Source: Eledone cirrhosa
Taxonomy: Eukaryota
DNA: 64,000 nt
Direction: 5' to 3'
Assembly: GCA_964016885.1 (NCBI GenBank)
Contig: OZ024744.1
Location: 96,534,001-96,598,000 of the forward strand
Shown: positions 55,071 through 64,000 of the stretch, piece by piece
How the letters are laid out: the number at the start of each line of letters is the position of its first letter
Numbering within the stretch: the first letter of the stretch is position 1
Made by a program: the position numbers and the translations under genes
The notes under the pieces: model-generated
Told to the model about the DNA's origin: nothing
Databases searched by the model: none
The model's input: only the letters and a program-made list of their open reading frames with translations

Positions 55071-57319
55071 CCAGCCGTAAAAATAATGCTACGCATATGT
55101 CCGACGCTCTAACTACTCTGCCAGTCTAATGAATATGATATAAAATAGAATTGAAACCTTCATAGAGGTTTTAATGTATTGGATATGTTTTATTCGTTAA
55201 TTAGAATATACTTGAAACACTTTCCTATTAGACACAATAGTCTCCTTAATTTTTCTGAATGTGTATATTTTGTTATCATGTGAAAGTTTACATACTGTAA
55301 GTGCATTAAGTTTGGTATTTATGGTTTGTTGGTTCCTGGTATTGTTATTTTATTATCTATAAAAATTATTAAAGATCTTTAAAATATGTTGGTTGTTGTT
55401 TTTTTTTTCCTTTGTAAAAAAAAGTACAAAAATATAGATTAATAGATACACATACATACAGAAACACGCACAAACACAGGAATACGTACATCTAGAGTAA
55501 TACATACACATATATACAGAAACACGCACAAATATAGAAACACATAGGTATATAAAACTTTACACACAGAAACAAATTTACAAGCATATACATAGACACG
55601 GACACGCACACAGACACACATATACACACACATAAATACATGCACAGATAATATATTTAGTACGTCTATCCGCATTAACACATGACGATAAGCAATGCAG
55701 TAAATTCACAAGTGTCAGAAAATAAAGAATGTGTGCGAGAAAAAAACGAGAGTAGAAAAAAGCGCGAAACAAAAGAATTAGAAAAATATGGAAAAATGTA
55801 ATTTTGTACAAAAATGTTGTAGAGTGGTCAAGTGTTCAGTTAAATCTGTTTGATGCGAAAAGTAAATCTCTGCTGAGCATCACACTATGTAATTTTCTTT
55901 GTGAATTCTCCCGGGATTCTACTTAGGCGTATACTTGGAATGCCAATTGTAAAGTGTAAAGGTAAAGACCCCTTTCGGTCACGAATAACCATGGGATTTT
56001 TACCTAAAAAGTTCCCCTCCGAGGCACATATCCGGGCAAAGTTGTTTTGGGGAGACTACAGAAGTCGCCCATGCATACGAATCTTCCCTCTCCGCGCCAC
56101 TGATGTTGATCAAGAGAAAGGCAATGGCTGATACCAAATATCACCAAAGATGTTCACCAATCGGGTCTTGCCTTTGACAACATACAACCATATAGCTGCA
56201 TGGATTGGCAGTATCGGTAGAGGGTCTGACGCCATGCTTTGCAGACTTTTACGGTCTGAGTTCAAATCCTGCCGAAGTTAACTTTGATGCCTTTCATCCT
56301 TACGGGGTCGATAAAATAAAGTACCAGTAATGCACTGGGTAATTGCTGGCTTTGTGCCCAAAAGCAGAAACAATTATTACAACAGTTGTCATTTACACAG
56401 AGTTATGACCAAATCTATTTATTATTTTATGGGTAACATTTTAGTGATGAAAACTTTCCCAATTCCGAAACGTTTCTAATAACCAGTAATGTCTCGTCGT
56501 TATAAGAAAAACAAACGTACTTTTAGTTTCTAGGGTGATAAGAAAAATGTTCAAACGCTTTAGATATCCACCGTGATTGTAATAAAGGGTGCATGCAATA
56601 TCTGAGCTGAGCATTTAAATTAAAATAATGAATTTCAATTGAAGAATTTGATTACCTTTTGAAATAATTGTTTCTACTTTTGGCACAAGGCCATCAAATT
56701 AACCAGTGTATTACTGGTACTTTATTTTATCGACCCCGTAAGGATGAAAGGCAAAGTTAACCTCGGCGGGATTTGAACTCAGAATGACAAGGGTCGTAAC
56801 TCTATGCGTCAAAGCATGGCGTCCGACCCTCTACCGATACTGCCAATTCACCGCCCTTTTGAAATAATGAATTTCTAGTATAGGCACAATGCCAGCAATT
56901 TTAGGGGAGGAGAAAGTCGATTAAATCGACCCCAGTGCAATACTGGGACTTTATTTTATCGACCCCGTAAGGATGAAAGGCAAAGTTAAGCTCGGCGGGA
57001 TTTGAACATAGACTGTAAATGACCGTAACTCTATGCTGAAAAGCATGGTGTCCGACTCTCTACCGATACTGCCAATCCTCCGTTCTTACCTTTTCAAATA
57101 ATGAATTTCTGCATTTATTTGTATGTGTTTGATGAAAGGTATCCATATTTCGGCTGGTGAAATTACTTCAGTCAATTTAACGATGTTAGTTTAAAGATGT
57201 AGTATTTAGCTGTTCCTCAAAAGTAGCTAAATATCACCAACTGAGTATGTTATGAGAATACAACCAAAGCAGCTGAAAAGAATGGATGGGTGTTTTTTCC
57301 ATTCTATGGAGGATTTAAT

Positions 57320-57683
57320 TGGCATGGATTAGAGGTTAGAACATTGGGCTAACAATTGTAGGATTGTGAGTTCGATTCTCGGACCGGTTAATGTATTGTG
57401 TCCTTGGGTAAGACACTTTATTTCACTTTGCTCCAGTTCACTCAGCTGTAGAAATGAGTTGTGTTGTCACTGGTGACAAGCTATATCAGCTATTGCCTTT
57501 CCATTGGATAACGTTGGGGACGTGGGGGGGGGGGGCAGAACAGTATACAAGGGTGACTACTGGTTTTCCTCAAACAACATTACCCGGACATGTGCCTCGG
57601 ATGGGAACTTTTTAGCTAAAATCCCCATGGTTATTCGTTACCCCTTACAATTGGCATTCCTAAGTAGAATCCCGGGAGAATTC
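57320..57683 (+). mobile_element. tRNA-derived SINE family 2
   Basis: gagttcgattct B-box, then gtgtccttgggtaagacactttatttcactttgctccagttcactcagctg. Relatives at about 47060-47480 (-), 55901-56135 (-), 7650-7980, 22405-22690 and 35425-36200. Confidence 0.75.
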
Positions 57684-57973
57684 ACACACACACACACACA
57701 CACAAAACATTGCACCTATAAACCCATACACCACTGATGTCATTTGCACAATATAACATTGCGCATTTTTACTGCCAATATAATGACGTTTTAAGCGTCT
57801 TCAATAACAAACATTATCACTCTTCTTTACTAAAGGAGAAAATGGTGTTGACCATGAAGTTTGAGATTTTTTATTTACATTGAACTAGAAAAATGACTTA
57901 ATGTTTGGCCGAATAGGCAGCTTCTTTCGTTGAAATGACAAAGGACAAATTCTTCTTCTTCTTCTTCTTCTTC

Positions 57974-60900
57974 TTATTATTATTATTATTATTATTGTTA
58001 TTGTTATTCCTTGAATCTCAGTCATTGATGTTGGTTAACTGGAAAGTCCGTTGGATTGAATATCAAGCCACTACCTGCAGCCTCAGATATTCAGGACGTA
58101 TCGGAGGGTTCTTGCCGTTCCAAGCAAGCATGCCTTTTGAAGCGTTCCAAAAAGCGTGAAGGGGCCGATTTTCTTTAACCATCCCTGGAAACCTTTGGAG
58201 ATAGTCCCCAGTGCGCCTATGACAATCGGGATCACTTTGACTTCATGGCAGTTCCAAATCCTTTTCACCTCCCACTTTAGGTCCTGGTATCGGTTAATTT
58301 TCTCCCTCTCCTTCTCTTGCACTCTCGTGTCGAACGGGCAGGCCACATCCACAATCAGGCACGATCTTTTTTCTTTGTCCACAACCACCAGGTCAGGTCT
58401 ATTGTGTTCCAGTTTTTTGTCCGTCTGTATCCTAAAATCCCACAGCACCTTCACCTGATTGTTCTCCATCACCGCCTCTGGCCTATGCTCATACCATTTC
58501 TCAGAATGTGGTAGATTGTTTACTTTGCACAGGTGCCAGTGGATCACCCTGCCCATCACATCGTGTCTCCAGCCCTTATAGTGGGTCTGGGCTAGGTGTT
58601 TACACTCGGACACAATGTGAGCCACAGTCTCCTCTCTCTCTCCACAGATCCTGCACAGTGGGCTAGCCTCCTCCTTGTAGATATGGTGCTTCAACCACTT
58701 CGTTTTGAGGGCCTGCTCCTGCGCAGCCATTAGCATTCCTTCTGTAGCCTTTTTGAGGTCTCCTCTTCTCAACCAGTTCCATGTCTGTGGATCTCTAAAT
58801 TCAGTTTTCTCAAAGAAGGTACTATGAAGGGATTTTCCCTTAAGGCTGCTCTTCCTCCTTGATGTTATTTCCTCCTTGGGTATCCCCTGGCCTACTGTCC
58901 CCTCCTTCAGTACAGCTCTGAGCATTGGCTCCTTACTATAGGTCACGTATTTGTATAGGTTGTTTTTCTCCATCTGAACACAGTCCTCTATGCTGATAAG
59001 ACCTCTTCCACCCTCAGATCTCCTTAGGTAGAGTCTATCGACATCACTCCTCTTGTGGAACATGTTGTAGATAGTCAATAGCTTCCTAGTCTTCCTATCC
59101 ATTTCTTTTTGTTCAGCAACATTCCATCTCAGAATTCCCGCACTGTACCTAATAATAGACACAGCTCGGGAATTTACTGCGCTTATGGCATTTCTGCTGT
59201 TCAGATGTGACTTCAATACGCTCCTTACTCTCCGAATGTATTCAGTTCTTAACAATTCCTTCATTTTTTTGTTCTTTATGCCATCAGCCTCCAGAACGCC
59301 CAAATACTTGTATCCTTCCTCAGAGTCAATTTCCTTTATCATCTCACCTGTTGGTATCTGGATCCCGTTACTTCTGCTCAACCTACCCCTCCTCATCACA
59401 ATGACTCCACATTTACCAATACCAAACTGCATACATATATCACTGCTGAAAATACGGACAGTGTCAACAAGCACATCCAACTCCTTCTCACTTTTCCCGA
59501 AGAGCTTAAGATCGTCCATGAAGAGGAGGTGATTGATGGTAAGCTCTCCCCTTCCCAACTTGTATCCTGCTCTCACTTTTCGCAGCATAATGGTCAAGGG
59601 CATCAGGGCAAGGACAAACAACAGAGGGGACAGGCTATCTCCCTGGAAGATACCTCTCTTGATCTTCACGCTTCCCAAGGATACTCCAGTTGATGTCAAC
59701 TCTGTCTCCCAGGACCCCATACTCCTGCCCAGCAACTGTCTGATGTTATCTGCCACCCTGAAGATCTCCAGGCTTTTGGTGATCCAGGAATGAGGCACCA
59801 TGTCAAATGCCTTTCTGTAGTCTATCCATCCCATGGCAAGATCAGTGTGTCTCCTCCTGCAATTCCCCATTACCATCTTATCAATAAGCAACTGGTCCTT
59901 TGTACCACGTGACTTCTTTCGGCATCCTTTCTGTTCGTCCGGCAACAAGTTGTTTGTGTGGAGGTGATGGTAGATTTCCTCAGACACAATGCTCGTCAAC
60001 AGTTTCCACATTACGGGCAGACATGTGATAGGTCTATAGTTGGTAACATCATTACCCTTGATTTGGTCTTTCATTATCAGAACTGTGGTACCTTTTGTCA
60101 ACCACTCTGGCACCTCACCCGACACCAAGCAGTCATTGAACATGGCCGTCAGCTTCGGGTGGAGGGATGTTAAATGTTTAATCCAATACCCCTGCACACC
60201 ATCTGGGCCTGGTGATTTCCAGTTGGTTAGTTTTTTGGCTTGCCCCTTAAGAGTTTCAACTGTGATACTCAAATCAGTCTGTTGCTGTGCCTGCTCACCG
60301 ATCTCCCTCTGTACTGTCTCAATCCACCCTGCCTGGGCATTGTGTCTAACATCCTGCTCCCATATTCCTCTCCAGAATGTTTTAGCTTGTTCCGCCCCAG
60401 GGATCAAGTCGGTGCCTCTTTCTTTCCCCTCAAGCTGTCCAAACAGCATCTTCTGGTTGTTGTCGAACATGCGGTTCTGTTTATACTGACTGACTCTGTT
60501 CTCGTATCGCCTGATTTTGGCACTCTTTGCTACAATGCGTTGCTTCAATTCCTCTATGATAATATTTAGCTTTTTACTCCTAGTTTTGTATTTTATTTCC
60601 AGTCTATTTTTAGTGCCTATGTTTTTTAGTGTCCCATTCAGTAGTGACTCAAGCTTTCCTATGTCATTTCTCATTTCCCCGATTTGCCCACTCAGTCGCT
60701 TCTTCCACCCCGGCTCTGCTCTTTCTTGTCTGTTGTTTCCTCTCGCTTTTATACCAAGTAGTTTCCTCACCGTATTTGCTGTTGCTTTGAGGATATTGTT
60801 GCACTGGTGAAGACTCCTCGCCTCAAGGTATGGGATGACTTTGTTTACCTTAGCTGTTGTTTCTTTTAACTTTTTCCTGTCTACAAATCTTAGGTTCATA

Positions 60901-61620
60901 GGTCTCCCACTATCATTGTTCAACTCATCTACCACTAAATTTAGGATGTCAACCGAATCTTGTCCTAGCCCGTCAGCATTCATCTCCTCAGTGGCCGTAT
61001 CTCTGTTCCAGGTATTATTTATCTCAGTATTCAGATCATTGTCTGCTTCGGGTGGTTCCTCCGCTCTCAGGACCTCCTCACCTTCATTTCCCGCCGGCTC
61101 GCTTGTCTGGCATACTACACCCGCCATCTCCAAGCCATTCTCTCTGCTCAGTTCCTCCAGTTCCAGCTCGCTTATCCACCCATTAGTTCTTATTACCCGA
61201 GCCTGCCCGGCCAATTTTTGTTCATCTAATTTAAATAAACCAATCTCGTTCCAGATGTTATGCATCCGTCTCCTGTAGCCCCTCTCCTTGGGGTTACTTT
61301 TCAGGTAGCATTGCATAACAGTTCTATTCAATTCTTTCGTCCAGTTGGTTCTGGCCCCTTTCCTTCTTCTTCTTCCTCCAACATCAGCAGTATTTCGTTG
61401 ACAGTCAGGTTCCTGCTGCTGAGCCAGGGGGCACCTGTTGGGTGAGAGTCTGTCACATGACGTTCTAGTCTCCATTTCACCGTTATTCGAACTGTTTATG
61501 TTCGATATTTAAACACTCTTATCGAGGATTGGCGAATGTATGTTTACATAGCCATCTGTGGATCCGCCATCCCACTTGGCCCTTGTGTGGCATTATCACC
61601 ACGCTGTATACGGACACACA
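57974..61620 (-). mobile_element. Near full-length R4/Dong LINE with 3' end in a (TAA)n tract
   Basis: Contains the ORF above. A short 3' UTR ends in (AAT)n/(AAC) then (GAA)n at about 57951-58008. The 5' boundary is approximate. Confidence 0.85.
58083..61475 (-). CDS. R4/Dong-clade non-LTR retrotransposon protein (RT + CCHC + restriction-like endonuclease), uninterrupted 1130 aa
   Basis: RT motifs KSPGPDG, NYRPITCL, WIDYRKAFD, GIFQGDSLSPLLF, HLLFMDDLKL and YKYLGV. Zinc knuckle CRICGEREETVAHIVSEC, RHD, and REL motif RPDLVVVD..IVDVACP...EKINRY. Dong-type N-terminus WTKELN..VMQCY...GYRRRM..IW. Confidence 0.93.
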   Translation of the reverse strand: METRTSCDRLSPNRCPLAQQQEPDCQRNTADVGGRRRRKGARTNWTKELNRTVMQCYLKSNPKERGYRRRMHNIWNEIGLFKLDEQKLAGQARVIRTNGWISELELEELSRENGLEMAGVVCQTSEPAGNEGEEVLRAEEPPEADNDLNTEINNTWNRDTATEEMNADGLGQDSVDILNLVVDELNNDSGRPMNLRFVDRKKLKETTAKVNKVIPYLEARSLHQCNNILKATANTVRKLLGIKARGNNRQERAEPGWKKRLSGQIGEMRNDIGKLESLLNGTLKNIGTKNRLEIKYKTRSKKLNIIIEELKQRIVAKSAKIRRYENRVSQYKQNRMFDNNQKMLFGQLEGKERGTDLIPGAEQAKTFWRGIWEQDVRHNAQAGWIETVQREIGEQAQQQTDLSITVETLKGQAKKLTNWKSPGPDGVQGYWIKHLTSLHPKLTAMFNDCLVSGEVPEWLTKGTTVLIMKDQIKGNDVTNYRPITCLPVMWKLLTSIVSEEIYHHLHTNNLLPDEQKGCRKKSRGTKDQLLIDKMVMGNCRRRHTDLAMGWIDYRKAFDMVPHSWITKSLEIFRVADNIRQLLGRSMGSWETELTSTGVSLGSVKIKRGIFQGDSLSPLLFVLALMPLTIMLRKVRAGYKLGRGELTINHLLFMDDLKLFGKSEKELDVLVDTVRIFSSDICMQFGIGKCGVIVMRRGRLSRSNGIQIPTGEMIKEIDSEEGYKYLGVLEADGIKNKKMKELLRTEYIRRVRSVLKSHLNSRNAISAVNSRAVSIIRYSAGILRWNVAEQKEMDRKTRKLLTIYNMFHKRSDVDRLYLRRSEGGRGLISIEDCVQMEKNNLYKYVTYSKEPMLRAVLKEGTVGQGIPKEEITSRRKSSLKGKSLHSTFFEKTEFRDPQTWNWLRRGDLKKATEGMLMAAQEQALKTKWLKHHIYKEEASPLCRICGEREETVAHIVSECKHLAQTHYKGWRHDVMGRVIHWHLCKVNNLPHSEKWYEHRPEAVMENNQVKVLWDFRIQTDKKLEHNRPDLVVVDKEKRSCLIVDVACPFDTRVQEKEREKINRYQDLKWEVKRIWNCHEVKVIPIVIGALGTISKGFQGWLKKIGPFTLFGTLQKACLLGTARTLRYVLNI

Positions 61621-62313
61621 TAAACAAACAAACACACGGGCAGAAAGGGCCCCAAAAATGAATAAGCATAAGTTTCATTGTAATGTAGTATTCGAATGTC
61701 CGACTTAGTTTTTGTTTTTTAAGTTTTACTTTTCCCCCCCTCTTCTCTGTCCGTCCGCCTGCTTCTCTCTTCATTCTTATTTTCTTTACGTTTTTGGGGT
61801 TTCTTTTTTTGTTTTTGTTTTTCTCTGTTTTTCTCGTTTTTTACTGTTGTTGCTGTGCTGCTTTTGTTGTTTGTTTTTTCTTTTTTCTTTTGAGTCTATC
61901 TATATATTTTGATGCCTTCCTCTTTGTTAGTAGTAGGAATTCTATAATGTGGAAGTGGTAGCCAGCAGAGACTAGCGGCGTTGGCGATACTGAGACAGTG
62001 GTGGCGGTGATGTCGATACCGAGGCAGCGGTGGCGGTGATGCGACCGTATTACTGTAGTGATGGTGCTGTAGCGGTGGCAGCAGCAGTGAAGGAGTCAGG
62101 GGGTGGTGGCGGCGGTGATGGGACAGCGGTGGCAATGATGGCCGCAGTGAGCGGTGGCGGTGAAGGTGAAAATGCTGTTGTGTTTAGTGTACACAGATGA
62201 TGGGGTGGGTGGTGTATCTAGTTTCTGGTGTTGGTGAGTTTCGCTGTCCTATATAGTGTAGCCAGAGGAGAGGAGGGGGGGGGGGGTTCTTCTTCTTCCA
62301 TTTATAGCCATTT

Positions 62314-62348
<35 letters not shown>

Positions 62349-62469
62349 GATATACAGTGTACAATACAAAGTTGAATATTTGAATATTTGAGCCGTATTA
62401 CTGTAGGTCCTTATACTTGCTCAATTTTTCAAATGTTTTTATAGATACATTCTTGTCTATTGGAACAGA

Positions 62470-62470
<1 letters not shown>

Positions 62471-62521
<51 letters not shown>

Positions 62522-64000
62522 TGCATTTATCTTGCTTTATGTTCATACGAGTTATCACCAAGTCACAACCAGTGGCCTCAAGAGACAACAAGGTCCGCCA
62601 TGTTCAAGAAAGAACATACATACTCACACATGCATCTTTAGTGTTTAGACTTGTGATGTACTTATATTGACAGGATCTTCCTTAGTATATGGGCAGTTCC
62701 CATTAGTACTATCTTTTGTATTTCTCCTATACGCGGGTTTCCTGGGATTTGCGATAAGTAGTCGTTAGACCCCTTAGGTATCATTCCCAGAGCGCCTACA
62801 ACCACTGGTATTGTTTTAGTTCTCAATTTCCACATTTTTCCAATTTCTATCTCCAGGTCCTTATACTTGCTCAATTTTTCAAATGTTTTTATAGATACAT
62901 TCTTGTCTATTGGAACAGACATATCAATTAGCAGGCATACCCTCCTTTGAAAGTCCTTCAATATTATATCAGGTCTATTTGCATCTATTTTTCGGTCTGT
63001 TTGGATGCTAAAGTTCCACAAGATTGAGATGTGATCTTTTTCAAGTATGGGAGGTGGTTGATGCTCCCACCAATTCTTTTGATGGGGCAGGTCAAAATGC
63101 TTACACATTATCCAATGTATGTATTGTGCAGCTCTGTCATGCCTGTTTAGGTATTCGGTTGGAGCTATAGGACTGCACATTGAAATTATATGGTCAATGG
63201 TCTCTGGTTGTTTTTTGCATACACGGCATAATGGGCTGCATCCATTTTTTATTATGTTGGCTTGGTAATTTTTTGTTGGCAGACACTGATCTTGTGCTGA
63301 TATAATCAGTCCTTCAGTCTCCGATTTCAGTCCAGAGGATGCCAACCACTGATGGGTTAAAGTTTTGTCAACATCAGGATTGTTAGCTCGCTCTGGGTAT
63401 TTTCCATACAGAGGCTTTTCTTGCCATTTCTTAGCCAGTTTCTGTAGCAGTTCTTTCTTTGCAGTTACTTTTACCTGCTTTGCTTTTTCTGTGTTTTCCA
63501 TTTCAGCAGTAAATGGGACTTCTGAAATTTGTAGTCCATTACTGTATCTTTGTGCATCTTTTGTAATGGAATATGATCTTTTGGTGCTTTCGTGTTTCAA
63601 AACGAGTTTGATCATCCAATCATGTGATTCCCTTAGATATGTGGAAAATCCAATTGTTGCAGTTTTCAACGCAATGTCTAACTGGATTAACCCACGTCCT
63701 CCTTCTTTCCTAGGGAGATATATTCTATCTATGTCTGCCTTAGGGTGATGCATTCTGTGCATGGTTAAGAATTTTCGGATTTTTGTATCGAGCCTACGGA
63801 TCTCTGTGCTTGACCAGTTGATGACATTGTAACTGTAGGTTACTACTGGTATGGCAAGCGTGTTTATAGCAATCGATCCTATTCCTTGCATTCAATTCCG
63901 TTCTTAAGATTGCTCTGACTCTGCGGTAACATTCCTTCCTTATCCTTTCCCTCATTGTCGAGTGCTTGATTCCGTCTCCTTCACAAACACCTAGATATTT
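62471..64000 (-). mobile_element. Second, divergent R4/Dong LINE (3' part, frameshifted, runs off the window)
   Basis: ORF 62662-63891 has CRVCKKQPETIDHIISMC, RHD and RPDIIL..LIDMSVP. An upstream frame KYLGVCEGDG...ELNARNR joins AINTLAIP only through a frameshift near 63875. Pure (TAA)n tail at 62471-62520. Confidence 0.88.

Noticed and set aside
58156-61445. Plus-strand ORFs overlapping the Dong element
   Set aside because: Antisense shadows of the RT ORF.

Overview
This is AT-rich, microsatellite- and repeat-saturated animal genomic DNA. The SINE families and composition suggest a coleoid cephalopod such as Octopus, which is inference only. The only host coding sequence I can support is two minus-strand exons (8762-8886 and 6890-7285) of an ether-a-go-go (eag/KCNH1-5, Kv10) potassium channel gene. 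I found no PAS-domain or S4/pore exons, so the rest of the window is most simply giant eag intron. It holds an apparently intact 1130-aa R4/Dong-clade RT+REL retrotransposon and a second frameshifted one. It also holds many tRNA-derived SINEs, fragments of RTE, RTEX, CRE and Tx1 LINEs, non-autonomous Helitrons, and hAT, mariner and other MITEs. Two of the three large minisatellite arrays (31 and 108 bp units; the third is 81 bp) sit inside hAT-like elements. The most interesting signal is a set of short Penelope-like elements inserted in (TA)n tracts. They carry minimal type I hammerhead ribozyme motifs from several distinct families, some with covariation, and form long foldback hairpins. In one family the inversion point falls inside the predicted ribozyme stem II. 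Nearly all other listed ORFs are microsatellite or antisense artefacts.
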